The translations under genes and the position numbers were made by a program. Below the pieces are notes generated by a model, which had not been told where the DNA came from, did not search any database, and saw only the letters and a program-made list of their open reading frames with translations. From the sequence record NC_049466.2: a DNA stretch of 52,401 nucleotides; one strand, given 5' to 3'. Source of the DNA: Escherichia phage vB_EcoM_4HA13. Every line of letters starts with the position of its first letter. The stretch's first letter is position 1. Positions 1-9,103 of the stretch are shown in pieces.

Positions 1-117
1 TTAAATACGGTCCCTACTCCAACTTTTTCTAGCCTATCGGCTTAGAACTAACACCAAGTTAGGCGCTTCGCTTATGAGTCAACGTCAACACCACTCGCTG
101 TGAGATTAGCACTGTTC

Positions 118-143
118 TGCTACATTAGTTGGAAATGATTGTG
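118..143 (+). promoter_or_regulatory. Conserved motif copy P0 (ACATTAGTTGGAAATGATTG); candidate phage promoter
   Basis: Matches the motif repeated at 2705, 6090, 10502 and 12635; lies upstream of first genes in window. Confidence 0.45.
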
Positions 144-193
144 AGAAGGCTACGCCAACTTAATCCGTTTCATAAACTACTGGAGATACAATC

Positions 194-361
194 ATGACTT
201 ACTACGATGCAGACTTAGGCTTGGTAATGTGCGAAAGCGAACTGTCCTTAGAGATAGACGCACTTGATTGGGAACACGAGCTACCTAAAGGTGAGCCACA
301 GTGGGGCGACGACGATTACGTTTATGTAGCGCCTACTGACGAATTTGATATCCCATTCTGA
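194..361 (+). CDS. Hypothetical small acidic protein (55 aa)
   Basis: ATG at 194 preceded by GGAGA; open to TGA at 359-361; below the 60-aa cutoff of the supplied ORF track. Confidence 0.35.
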   Translation: MTYYDADLGLVMCESELSLEIDALDWEHELPKGEPQWGDDDYVYVAPTDEFDIPF

Positions 362-398
362 TACTTGTCCTACTACCTGATACACAATCTGTCCTAAC

Positions 399-2363
399 TT
401 GATAAAACTGGAGCTTACAATGACTACTATCACCACTCAAACTATGAAATCTGTTGTCCCATCAATCGCTGCATTGGTATATCGTGCCAAAGAGAAACAG
501 CAATACATGGAGCCGCATACTTGTGCACTGGCTGCACTGGCTATCTTCCACATGATGACAATGTTCACTCGTGACGATGTTATCCCTGCTGTGTCAATGG
601 TTGAACTGGCAAACGCTTCAATTAAGAAGGCGAACTCCAGCAACAACGATATGAAACAATACCACTACGTTGACCCATCAATCAATCTGATTGGTCTGGC
701 TAAGCACTTTGGCTTCCTCAACATGAATGAGGATAAGTCGTTCCAACAAACTGAAGCATGGGTTGAACTGGTTACTACCAAAGATACCAGCATCCCATTC
801 ACGACTCCAGTCACTGCTGAGAATCGTCGTAAGCCTTACGTCAAAGGTGGCAAAGTTAAGCCGTCCAAGTTGTTGCGTAATACCATCAACTTCCTGCAAT
901 CAACCGAGTACCACGTAGATGGGCAAATGGTTGCAGTCATCAAGAAGATGCTCAAAATGAAACAGTTTGCTGGTGAGGTTATGCCAGTTGCTGTGAAACA
1001 AGAGGAACATGTTTGGAATGCGGCATTGAACATGGTGATTCAAGATACTCTGTTCTCTGACTACTTTGCTGACAATCGTGGTCGTTTGTATCACGTAGCT
1101 TGTGCTGGTCCTAATCCACAATCTTCTGACTTTGCTCGTTGCTTGTATTCTCACAACATTGAGAACTTCGTAAACAAGCTGAATGAAGATGGCTCAACCA
1201 CCGAAGCATACAACATGTTCATGGCTGAGCTGGATGATATCTCTGGTGGTGAGTGGAATACTCCACGCTACTTAACTCGTGTTGCTCAGAATCCTGCTGG
1301 TGCATTGGCTCAGATTCTCAACATGAGCAAAGAACAGAATCCACCTAAGAAGCCATTCACTTATGTACGTCTGGCATTAGATTGGTTCCAGTTTGAAACA
1401 ACTGGCAAGTGTGATTCTCGTGTAGGCTTTGGCTTAGATGCTAAATGTTCAGGTACTCAATACTTGGCATTCATTGCTGGCAATATGGAAATGGCTCAAG
1501 CAACTGGCTTAGTTGACAATGAGTCCAAAGCTCGTGACCCGTACCAATTATCTTTGGTGCAACTGATGAAACTGTTGGAGAAATCTAGCATGAATCCAAC
1601 TCAGGAAATCAAGGACGCATTCTTGAATCCGAAAGCTGGACGTAATTTCATCAAGACTCCATACATGGCAGTACAGTATGGTGGTGGTAAAGCAGCACTC
1701 ACTGGTAACAAGGACTTCTGCGATTATGTAGTCAACAATCTTCAAATTGACATTACTAAACTGGAAAACTTCGCTGACCTTTGTGTTGATGCAGTTCATG
1801 CAGCATTAGGTGAAAAGATTAACCTGTTTATTAATAAAGTGCAGGAAGCTGTTCAAGCTAAATGTGCTGCATTAAACAAACCATATTTCACCTACAAGCA
1901 CACTGATGGTCAGGTTGTGCACAAACCTTGCTTCCCATCTCGTGACATTTGTGAGGCATTCAGCATTCGTGTTGACTCTCAAACTCGTGTCATCTTTGGT
2001 CAGCAAATGGAGAACAAGCCTTGGACTATCCGTGAATCAAATCCAACTTGGGAAGAATTTAAACGTACTTTCGTTGTAAACTACATTCAGGGTATTGATG
2101 CACTTGTTGCACGTACTGTTGCAAAGTATGCAGAACTTGAAGGACTTCGTGGGTTCACTTCCATTCACGACTGTTTCCGTTGCTGCTTAGCTGATGCACC
2201 ACGTATGATGGATGTGATTCGTAAGGCGTATATTGAAGTATTTGTTACCAACAATCAGTTTGAGTCTTTGAGCAAACAACTTGGTGGCATTGAGATGTAT
2301 CATGAGAATATCGTAACAGAAGAACTGCTCAACTCTGAGCATGCATATTACTTCTGTCAGTAA
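399..2363 (+). CDS. Single-subunit T7-type RNA polymerase, short form (654 aa)
   Basis: DAKCSGTQY (compare T7 motif A DGSCSGIQH), YMAVQYGG (motif B), VNYIQGIDAL (compare PNFVHSQDGSHL) and IHDCF near C-terminus (compare IHDSFGT). About 230 aa shorter than T7 RNAP, so the N-terminal domain appears absent. Confidence 0.8.
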   Translation: MIKLELTMTTITTQTMKSVVPSIAALVYRAKEKQQYMEPHTCALAALAIFHMMTMFTRDDVIPAVSMVELANASIKKANSSNNDMKQYHYVDPSINLIGLAKHFGFLNMNEDKSFQQTEAWVELVTTKDTSIPFTTPVTAENRRKPYVKGGKVKPSKLLRNTINFLQSTEYHVDGQMVAVIKKMLKMKQFAGEVMPVAVKQEEHVWNAALNMVIQDTLFSDYFADNRGRLYHVACAGPNPQSSDFARCLYSHNIENFVNKLNEDGSTTEAYNMFMAELDDISGGEWNTPRYLTRVAQNPAGALAQILNMSKEQNPPKKPFTYVRLALDWFQFETTGKCDSRVGFGLDAKCSGTQYLAFIAGNMEMAQATGLVDNESKARDPYQLSLVQLMKLLEKSSMNPTQEIKDAFLNPKAGRNFIKTPYMAVQYGGGKAALTGNKDFCDYVVNNLQIDITKLENFADLCVDAVHAALGEKINLFINKVQEAVQAKCAALNKPYFTYKHTDGQVVHKPCFPSRDICEAFSIRVDSQTRVIFGQQMENKPWTIRESNPTWEEFKRTFVVNYIQGIDALVARTVAKYAELEGLRGFTSIHDCFRCCLADAPRMMDVIRKAYIEVFVTNNQFESLSKQLGGIEMYHENIVTEELLNSEHAYYFCQ

Positions 2364-2417
2364 CAACTAGTGCCAAGGATGGCGCATCAGTTGGAATAAA
2401 CTTAATAACAAAATCAA

Positions 2418-2630
2418 TTGGAGCATATAATGAACATTCAGCAAATCAAACAAATCGAAAACTGTTTCAACCCTCACCACGTTTGTAGCATGGACGACTT
2501 GTCCCGACCTACAGTTGATGAGACAAAAGACTTCTTAGAGTTGTTGGCAGAATACAAACAAGATTCGCATGTACTATTGCACGCATTCTTACACAACTCA
2601 GGATATTTTGATACAGAAATACCATTCTAA
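2418..2630 (+). CDS. Hypothetical protein
   Basis: ATG with GGAG RBS; followed directly by a terminator hairpin. Confidence 0.5.
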   Translation: MEHIMNIQQIKQIENCFNPHHVCSMDDLSRPTVDETKDFLELLAEYKQDSHVLLHAFLHNSGYFDTEIPF

Positions 2631-2634
2631 TATT

Positions 2635-2660
2635 GGGAGCTTCGGCTCCCTATTCTTGTT
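2635..2660 (+). terminator. Intrinsic terminator candidate (GGGAGC-UUCG-GCUCCC hairpin then U-rich tract)
   Basis: Perfect 6-bp stem with UUCG tetraloop followed by tattcttgtt. Confidence 0.55.
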
Positions 2661-2700
2661 CCAATTAATCTCAGAGCTGTGTTCAATATTGGAACTCAAC

Positions 2701-2723
2701 TGTGACATTAGTTGAAATTGAAG
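2701..2723 (+). promoter_or_regulatory. Conserved motif copy P1 (GACATTAGTTGAAATTGAAG)
   Basis: Same core ACATTAGTTG as the other copies; about 45 nt after the terminator. Confidence 0.45.
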
Positions 2724-2740
2724 TAACAGAATACGGAGAA

Positions 2741-3624
2741 ATATTCTGCATGTCATTTTTTATTGGTGTACAACAATATTAGCATGACAACTTGAAGCAC
2801 AGTGTGATTATGTTTGGCAACATAGAACTCCCTGAGTTTGGCCGCTCAAAGTTCCCGTCACCATGTAGAGAGTAAGAATAAGATTCGAAACTGTTGTTTC
2901 AACTAAGCATGACTCATCCCTAAAGAAGCTGGGACAGCTCATGTAGTACCCTGCTGTTTCCGAGAGTTGCAACAGGTTAAGCATGTCCAATTGTTCCAAT
3001 ATTGTCACAGTCCTATTATAAAGGCCCACCCACAAGCCGGGACTATTTAGACATGATTGGAACTTTTGGTTCATGCGATTGTAGAGAAAGTAAATTCGGT
3101 AAGAGAGCGAATACCGGACATTGTTCCGATTACAGGTATCGCCTACGCCCCGAAATTGAGCAACAAATATTGTGACAGTATTGCCTCAACAATGGCATGT
3201 GTTGCGTAGCGACAATCGTACAATATCCGCATGTAAGAATGTGCCAAACTGTTAGGGGACTAATCACCTCGAAGATACGGTGAACGTGGCAATCTAGCAT
3301 GTGGATTCGTTACGAAGATTGTGACAATAATCAGCATGTAATATTGTAACAGTATTGTGCTAACCCGCATGAATACTGGCTCTCAGCCAAGCGAAGGCTT
3401 TATCATTGCATGTAATATTGTGACAATATTGGGATTTTTAAAAGATTTATTCTTTTTATTTATTCTTTATTGTCGGTTTACAGCACTTGCTCAGCGAACT
3501 TTGAATGTGCCAAATACGTTCGAAATTGCTGTGAGTGTGGAAACCAATTAGTTATAAATGTGCATGTGATATTGTGACAATATTCTCCATTTGGCGGGGA
3601 GTGAAGTTGCAATATTGCATGTCA
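2741..3624. repeat. Array of related about 25-bp repeats built around the palindrome AATATTGT-G-ACAATATT, often preceded by GCATGT
   Basis: Copies near 2998, 3166, 3318, 3334, 3406-3433, 3560-3587 and 3609; the 3414-3430 copy is a perfect 8-1-8 inverted repeat. No credible ORF in 2631-3837. Confidence 0.6.
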
Positions 3625-3837
3625 TTCTTAGTCTAATTGCATGAAAGATAGGGCTAATTCTGTATGAATATTGGATTCAACAGGTGTCAATGTTGATACA
3701 GAATAAGCTCCAATTTATTCAACTTGATAGTTTGGCACGTATTGTGTCACATACTCCCTGATGCTTTAAGGTGGATTAAGGAACGAAAAAGCCTCCACAA
3801 CCGTCTGACGGAGTTTAATTTAAATTAGGAGTTTAAA

Positions 3838-4092
3838 ATGGCTATTGTAAAACAATGCATGTTCCAAGACCTTCTCGATGGTCAAGTATTTAAGCACAAA
3901 GACAAACGCTGGATTAAAGTTGCAGAATCCGGCGATTACAATGCTGTAAGTTTCCACAATTCAAATCTAACTTGTGATTTTGGATTATCCTGTATTGTTG
4001 AACTTGAAGTTTCGCTTGAGCCATCTGAATGGGATTTAGTTGACGATGAAGAAGTGCAACGTTCAATCGAAGGTTACAAGGAGAATTTCTAA
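3838..4092 (+). CDS. Hypothetical protein
   Basis: ATG with AGGAG RBS; first gene after the repeat region. Confidence 0.55.
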   Translation: MAIVKQCMFQDLLDGQVFKHKDKRWIKVAESGDYNAVSFHNSNLTCDFGLSCIVELEVSLEPSEWDLVDDEEVQRSIEGYKENF

Positions 4093-4331
4093 TGCGCTAT
4101 CAACTTGTTCAACTACCTGTAACTGAGTCCTTATCATCATTTGTTCTTCTGGACAATGTAACAAAGGTTTGCAAACTACGTGACCAATCAATTTACCCAG
4201 AAGATGGTGGCAAATTGGTGTGGAAGAATGCTGCTCATAACGATGCAGTATTAAACCGTGTTATGACCTATGGTGTTGTAGTTGCAGAAGCACAAGACCC
4301 GAAATTCCTTGCTGCTCATGGATTTTCATAA
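4092..4331 (+). CDS. Hypothetical protein
   Basis: Start overlaps upstream stop (translational coupling pattern). Confidence 0.5.
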   Translation: MRYQLVQLPVTESLSSFVLLDNVTKVCKLRDQSIYPEDGGKLVWKNAAHNDAVLNRVMTYGVVVAEAQDPKFLAAHGFS

Positions 4332-4528
4332 TGAAGTGGATTGTGTATTACCGAATCATTGGCGGTATTGATGCAGTTATTCGATACCGCAATCTTGCCA
4401 TTATGCAACATGACATTGAAATGGAAAAGGATAAACAATTCGACTACATTAACGCATGTACAATCTGTGATGATGGTAGTGAAGAGATTGTGTACTCTAG
4501 TGTTGAAGAAATATTAAATGCGAAGTAA
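4331..4528 (+). CDS. Hypothetical protein
   Basis: ATGA overlap with upstream gene. Confidence 0.45.
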   Translation: MKWIVYYRIIGGIDAVIRYRNLAIMQHDIEMEKDKQFDYINACTICDDGSEEIVYSSVEEILNAK

Positions 4529-4574
4529 AGACAAAACTTTCGTGGCTGGGCGTAGTGCTCATTAAGGTAAAATC

Positions 4575-4730
4575 ATGAATGATGACAATCGTTTCACCAA
4601 TCTGTTATTAGGTCAATTAGTTAATCAAGGTGTGAAGCCGAACAAGTTCGACCGTTTCTTCAATAGTTTGGTGAAATGGTTGGTCCTTGGTTTCGTTGCA
4701 TTTATGGCATTTGGAGAATTTCTGAAATGA
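4575..4730 (+). CDS. Hypothetical small membrane protein (51 aa)
   Basis: ATG at 4575; hydrophobic C-terminal segment WLVLGFVAFMAF; below ORF-track cutoff. Confidence 0.3.
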   Translation: MNDDNRFTNLLLGQLVNQGVKPNKFDRFFNSLVKWLVLGFVAFMAFGEFLK

Positions 4731-4948
4731 GTAATCTAGCAGCATTTAAGAATCTGGTTCGTCGTGCTCAAGTTAAAGCTGATAACCAGATTTGCCTGAT
4801 TGAGAATATGCCAATTACAACAAATGTTGGAATAATTCTGTATGCAGATAAGCGCATTAAAGAATTGGAAGCTACAATTCAAGCAATGCTGGAAACAGCA
4901 GAAGGTGCTGGCATTCCACGTTGTCAATTTGACGAGGATTTAAAATGA
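4727..4948 (+). CDS. Hypothetical protein
   Basis: Internal ATG at 4727 preceded by GGAGAA; the track ORF from 4676 overlaps the upstream small gene. Confidence 0.45.
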   Translation: MSNLAAFKNLVRRAQVKADNQICLIENMPITTNVGIILYADKRIKELEATIQAMLETAEGAGIPRCQFDEDLK

Positions 4949-5115
4949 TACTCCTTCGTCATATATCTGGAACCCTTTATGTGTGCACCGATGATTATTA
5001 TTTCGCGCAATATTGGAATTCTACGCAGAAGAAATGGCGAATATCTCAAATATTGCGTTCATCTTTGCAGAATAATTGTGTAAGAATTGGAAACAATTTC
5101 CTACGCAGCAAATAA
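4945..5115 (+). CDS. Hypothetical small protein (56 aa)
   Basis: ATG at 4945 with GAGGA RBS; below ORF-track cutoff. Confidence 0.3.
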   Translation: MILLRHISGTLYVCTDDYYFAQYWNSTQKKWRISQILRSSLQNNCVRIGNNFLRSK

Positions 5116-5131
5116 CAACCGGAGAATTATC

Positions 5132-5389
5132 ATGACTCGTACAGGAATGATGCTTGTTCCGCGTAGTGGTAATTCTCTTGGGGATTTCACTCCGTATAAA
5201 GTGTATACAGTATTATCAGGAACTGGTGAAGCCAATTTGTCACCAGTTGCTTTGCGTTTAGGCCACGTTGTTCACTCAGAACGTTCATGCAATGTTCGTG
5301 ATGACAAAGGAAATATCCGTTTTGTAACTTTGGACTTCTTTCGTGAATTTAGAATGAAATCAGAGTTGGGAGATTTGTTCCATGAGTGA
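5132..5389 (+). CDS. Hypothetical protein, member of a three-gene paralog set
   Basis: Start at internal ATG with GGAGAA RBS; shares a YK-[IV]-[VY]-[AT] segment with the next two genes. Confidence 0.5.
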   Translation: MTRTGMMLVPRSGNSLGDFTPYKVYTVLSGTGEANLSPVALRLGHVVHSERSCNVRDDKGNIRFVTLDFFREFRMKSELGDLFHE

Positions 5390-5451
5390 TTTAAAGACGC
5401 CAAAGTATGTAAAGAAAGTTTGGTACGATTGTCAGACAACAGGAGAGTATT

Positions 5452-5751
5452 ATGTTATTGCGTGACAAGAAGACTGGTCGTTTAAAGAAACAGCCAGCTA
5501 AAATTGGTGACAAAGTTATTGTGTTTGGTAAATATATCCGTACAGGATTGACGGCATATAAACCATACAAAATAGTTGCAACTCAGAACTCAAAGACTGA
5601 GAACCGTAAATCGTTTGGTACGGTTTACCCACTAGAGAAGTCAAATCTTAATCGTGGATTTGGTGTATTCATCATTGATAATGATGGAGACAAAGCATTC
5701 CTGTATCTTGGCGAAGATGTATTCGGCATGACAGTGGAGAAGTTAAAATGA
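5452..5751 (+). CDS. Hypothetical protein, paralog set
   Basis: AGGAG RBS; KPYKIVATQ motif resembles KTYKIVAGR in the next gene. Confidence 0.5.
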   Translation: MLLRDKKTGRLKKQPAKIGDKVIVFGKYIRTGLTAYKPYKIVATQNSKTENRKSFGTVYPLEKSNLNRGFGVFIIDNDGDKAFLYLGEDVFGMTVEKLK

Positions 5752-6050
5752 ACAAAAATTCGGTATTGAAATATGTCGGACACGATTACGTTGCTGGGCG
5801 TCGTCAAGCATTCACCAACAACAAAACGTACAAAATTGTTGCTGGCCGTGGCGATGGTGTTCCTCGTAACAATGGAACACTTGGCGCTTATATTCAATCA
5901 GCCACCAGCTGTGTTGTTATCGATGATGATAAAAAATATCGTCAGATTGAATGCAACCACAATTGGGAACTGGTCTTCGAAAGTGACGATGTAAGTTGGT
6001 ACAAGGATGAAGGTAAATCACCAATCCCAGCGTCCCGCGAGATTTGCTAA
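5748..6050 (+). CDS. Hypothetical protein, paralog set
   Basis: ATGA overlap with upstream paralog. Confidence 0.5.
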   Translation: MNKNSVLKYVGHDYVAGRRQAFTNNKTYKIVAGRGDGVPRNNGTLGAYIQSATSCVVIDDDKKYRQIECNHNWELVFESDDVSWYKDEGKSPIPASREIC

Positions 6051-6085
6051 CATTGCAAGCTGGCAAGCGAGGCCATTAACCCAAC

Positions 6086-6110
6086 TTCAACATTAGTTGG
6101 AATTGATAGG
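6086..6110 (+). promoter_or_regulatory. Conserved motif copy P2 (CAACATTAGTTGGAATTGATAGG)
   Basis: Intergenic, upstream of the gene at 6175. Confidence 0.5.
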
Positions 6111-6174
6111 AACGAATAGTTTAGCAATGACGCTGAAACTTAAACCGTAAATTACTTAAATAAGAGAGCAAACT

Positions 6175-6525
6175 ATGTCAAACGTAAAACAGTACGACGA
6201 TACTAACACTGGTATCATTGGTAAGAATGACTACAAACAGAAAGATACACATCCTGACCAACGTGGTCGTGTGAATATTAAAGGTTTGTGGTTTTGGGTA
6301 AGTGGTTGGGACAAAATGGCAAATGGCCGTCAGTTCACTTCTCTGGCATTCACTGAAATGACTCAGGCAGAAGTTGACACTATGATGGAGAAACGTGCCG
6401 CTAAATCTGCTCCACAGCAGCCTCAACAGCAGCAACAAGCTCAGGCTCCAGCTCAGCAAACTCCACCAGCAGGTCATCCGTCTCAGGAACCGCCGATGGA
6501 CTTTGATGACGATATTCCGTTCTAA
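6175..6525 (+). CDS. Small protein with Q/P-rich linker and a C-terminus identical to the E. coli SSB tail (EPPMDFDDDIPF)
   Basis: C-terminal 12 residues match the SSB tail as I recall it; N-terminal about 75 aa is W/F-rich but not recognisably a full SSB OB domain. Confidence 0.6.
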   Translation: MSNVKQYDDTNTGIIGKNDYKQKDTHPDQRGRVNIKGLWFWVSGWDKMANGRQFTSLAFTEMTQAEVDTMMEKRAAKSAPQQPQQQQQAQAPAQQTPPAGHPSQEPPMDFDDDIPF

Positions 6526-6583
6526 TTGATTTATCGATGCCATTCCACTTCGAGTGGCATCTATTAAACAAACTGGAGGAAAT

Positions 6584-7117
6584 ATGAAAAATGCTATCGT
6601 TTGGCCAGCACTTTGGGCTGAAAACAATGTGGAAATTGGTGACAAAATATACTCTCCGGTGCATGGAAGATGTACTGTAGTCCAACTTGAAGGTGAGCAA
6701 AAGCCAGCCAAGGAGGAAGAAGTTCCAGCTTGGCAACTGAAAGTTGGTGATGAAATTTGGTATGACAATGAGTGGCGCACGGTTTTAAGTGTGTATTGCC
6801 ACATTAAGTCTTGCTACCAGGAACCAAACTTATCTCAATCAAACTCAACGATTCCACTGTCTGTAAGAATGGACAAGAATCTCAAAATCCGTCGAAAAAC
6901 TGAGAACTATATTATGTCAGTTAACCTGTTAACGTCTCACGATTTGGTCAAAGAGTTGCAAGTTAAGCTCATTGACTATTCAGCATTAAATGATGCGCCA
7001 GACCGTATCGAAGCTGTACAGTCAGTTTTCATTGACAAAGTGCCAGTAATGCACGCATTGAAGAAAGAAATTCAAGCGGTGTATGCCAAACTTGGCGAAA
7101 ATATTAAGAAGATTTAA
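6584..7117 (+). CDS. Hypothetical protein
   Basis: First ATG with GGAGG RBS inside the track ORF 6554-7117. Confidence 0.55.
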   Translation: MKNAIVWPALWAENNVEIGDKIYSPVHGRCTVVQLEGEQKPAKEEEVPAWQLKVGDEIWYDNEWRTVLSVYCHIKSCYQEPNLSQSNSTIPLSVRMDKNLKIRRKTENYIMSVNLLTSHDLVKELQVKLIDYSALNDAPDRIEAVQSVFIDKVPVMHALKKEIQAVYAKLGENIKKI

Positions 7118-7172
7118 TTAACAAAGCATCTTCCCACTTCGGAGGGTGCTTGATTAATTAACTGGAGGAGTT

Positions 7173-7385
7173 ATGGAAGTAAGTGTTCATTTACCCGGAG
7201 GCTGCTCCGGCTTAAAGATGCAAGGTGTTGTTTGTCCTGAATGTGGTCATGGTGGTGGTTCAAGCTACCCGTGTTGGTGTAGCCATTGCTACGACAAGGG
7301 TGAGAAAGTATTAATGCTTTCATCTGTGAACAAGTTCACATATATCTCCAACTGGTGTGAATCAGTTAAGAAGCAGCGAGGATAG
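7173..7385 (+). CDS. Cys-rich small protein, putative zinc binding
   Basis: GGAGG RBS; CPECGH...CWCSHC pattern. Confidence 0.5.
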   Translation: MEVSVHLPGGCSGLKMQGVVCPECGHGGGSSYPCWCSHCYDKGEKVLMLSSVNKFTYISNWCESVKKQRG

Positions 7386-7386
7386 C

Positions 7387-7719
7387 ATGTATGTTTACTA
7401 CGAAACTTACAAGTATCCAGGAGCATTCTACACTCACAGAATTACCGTGTATGAAAATGCTAATGGACGTCTACGTGCGGTACTCGAAGCTAAGTATGGA
7501 CATAAAGCTGTGTCTTGGAATAAAAGGACAGGGCGATTCTATGTTCGTGAAACTTTGCGAATTGCCAGAGTACATAAAAACAAGCCACGAAACAGTCGCA
7601 CGAGACACTTCGGTGAGTGGCACTTTGCGACGTCGAGAAACTTTGCCTTATCAATATTTGCATCAATCGACGGAGAATATGGCGAACAAACAATTTCTAG
7701 AACACCAGAGTCCTATTGA
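7387..7719 (+). CDS. Hypothetical basic protein
   Basis: ATG at 7387 after GAGGA; chosen over the overlapping alternative frame 7391-7909 because it fits the downstream gene start. Confidence 0.4.
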   Translation: MYVYYETYKYPGAFYTHRITVYENANGRLRAVLEAKYGHKAVSWNKRTGRFYVRETLRIARVHKNKPRNSRTRHFGEWHFATSRNFALSIFASIDGEYGEQTISRTPESY

Positions 7720-7784
7720 ACGGCACATGAATCAGTTTGGTTGCACACGCCAAGAGGCCAAAGATGCAACATTTGGAGAAAGAT

Positions 7785-8183
7785 ATGGCAGCATTAAAAT
7801 ACTCGAAGGGCGCGAAGCTCCTAATAGTGAGCATATTTATCAGTATTGTGGTCTTGATTTCGGCCATCTGGAACGTCGCCTCAGCGTCTTCTGGATTGAT
7901 GACGTATAAATGTGGCGGATGGACTGCTGTAATTGAGCAGCGAGAAGAAGGCCCACTTGTGGCCTCTTTCCTGCCAGAAGTTGGAACGTGGGTTGAAATT
8001 CCAGTGAACGACCGTAGTGGTGATGACATGAATTTGTACTTCATGAGTATCGAAACTCAGAAACTCGCTGTGATGGGAGTAAACGCAAAGAATCAGATAT
8101 TCTTGCAAACATTCCGCAATCATCAGGCATACAAACTCAACAAACTTGAGCACTCATTGCTCTGTAAGAGAACGCATGGCTAA
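7785..8183 (+). CDS. Hypothetical membrane protein
   Basis: ATG with GGAGAAAG RBS; hydrophobic helix LLIVSIFISIVVLISAIW. Confidence 0.45.
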   Translation: MAALKYSKGAKLLIVSIFISIVVLISAIWNVASASSGLMTYKCGGWTAVIEQREEGPLVASFLPEVGTWVEIPVNDRSGDDMNLYFMSIETQKLAVMGVNAKNQIFLQTFRNHQAYKLNKLEHSLLCKRTHG

Positions 8184-8418
8184 GCAAGCATCAAAAGAAT
8201 TCGCCATTAATGGTGTAAACTACCTGCTTTCGTCAGACTGTGAAAAACAAATCTGGCCAAAGCTGTGTGACCGTGTTGAAAAACACTTAATTTTAATTGG
8301 AAGCGAAGCAGCCAAGTACATGTATGGTCCAGCCTCTGCTACTGGAAAGACCAAAATGTGTAATTCGCTTGTTTCTTTTCAATTAACCATTAATCCAGAA
8401 GGAAATCCGTTCCGATGA
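8176..8418 (+). CDS. Hypothetical protein
   Basis: Internal ATG with AAGAG RBS. Confidence 0.4.
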   Translation: MAKQASKEFAINGVNYLLSSDCEKQIWPKLCDRVEKHLILIGSEAAKYMYGPASATGKTKMCNSLVSFQLTINPEGNPFR

Positions 8419-8705
8419 AATTGGAAGAATTACCGATTGAGCTTAAAGCTGCAACAAAAGCAGCAGAAGCGCAGCAAACTTATGTCAATCAATTGGTGGA
8501 CTTGTTTAACAAAGGCCAAACCACCATTGAGGTGTTCGATAAAAACCTCAATACTTGGACAGAAGTTCCGCTAAGCGAGTTTAATGCAATGCAGAATAAT
8601 CGTTTGACTGAACTGCTGAAACATAAAGACACTCTGCAAGGTTTATATGACCAGTTGCAAAGTCCGCTTGATGAAGCATTCAAAAATGTTCCGAAGACAG
8701 CATAA
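8415..8705 (+). CDS. Hypothetical protein
   Basis: ATGA overlap with upstream gene. Confidence 0.5.
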   Translation: MKLEELPIELKAATKAAEAQQTYVNQLVDLFNKGQTTIEVFDKNLNTWTEVPLSEFNAMQNNRLTELLKHKDTLQGLYDQLQSPLDEAFKNVPKTA

Positions 8706-9103
8706 TGTCTAACGTGAAACTTGGACAACGTTCCTTAGACAGACTCAGTGGAGTGAATAGTAGTCTAGTAGCAGTATTAAAGAAAGCGTGCGAATCCATG
8801 CCTTTTGATATTACTGTACTAGAGGGCGTTCGTTCTTATGAGCGTCAACAGGAACTATTAAAGCAGGGTGCAACAAAAGTAAGTGTTAGTCGGCACATGT
8901 CCGGCAATGCTATTGACATTGCACCATACCCAATCGACTGGAACGACACAGAACGGTTCAAAATTGTAGCGCATCATATGTTTGCTGCTGCAAAAGAGCT
9001 GGGCATTGTTATTCGTTGGGGAGGTAACTGGAGTCGTCAAGACGAAACAGTTAAGCCAACCTCCTCATTCGTTGATATGCCGCACTTCGAACTTCCGGCA
9101 TAA
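8705..9103 (+). CDS. Endolysin, peptidase M15 family (L-alanyl-D-glutamate peptidase type)
   Basis: Size and motifs (SRHMSGNAIDIAPYP, IDWND, GGNW, HFEL) resemble the T5 endolysin family. Confidence 0.6.
   Translation: MSNVKLGQRSLDRLSGVNSSLVAVLKKACESMPFDITVLEGVRSYERQQELLKQGATKVSVSRHMSGNAIDIAPYPIDWNDTERFKIVAHHMFAAAKELGIVIRWGGNWSRQDETVKPTSSFVDMPHFELPA

Noticed and set aside
2741-3624. Possible CRISPR array
   Set aside because: Repeats are palindromic, irregularly spaced and variable, with no constant repeat-spacer periodicity and no cas genes; they look like operator or iteron sites.
6178-6804. 208-aa minus-strand ORF, and all other minus-strand track ORFs (for example 25500-26093 and 31923-32339)
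   Set aside because: Each overlaps a better-supported + strand gene with recognisable motifs and RBS; their translations are low-complexity and none has a convincing RBS. I found no credible minus-strand gene in the window.
7391-7909. 172-aa ORF in an alternative frame
   Set aside because: Overlaps both the 7387-7719 frame and the downstream gene whose ATG at 7785 has a GGAG RBS; the 7387 and 7785 pair gives a non-overlapping set. Codon-usage scoring could reverse this choice.
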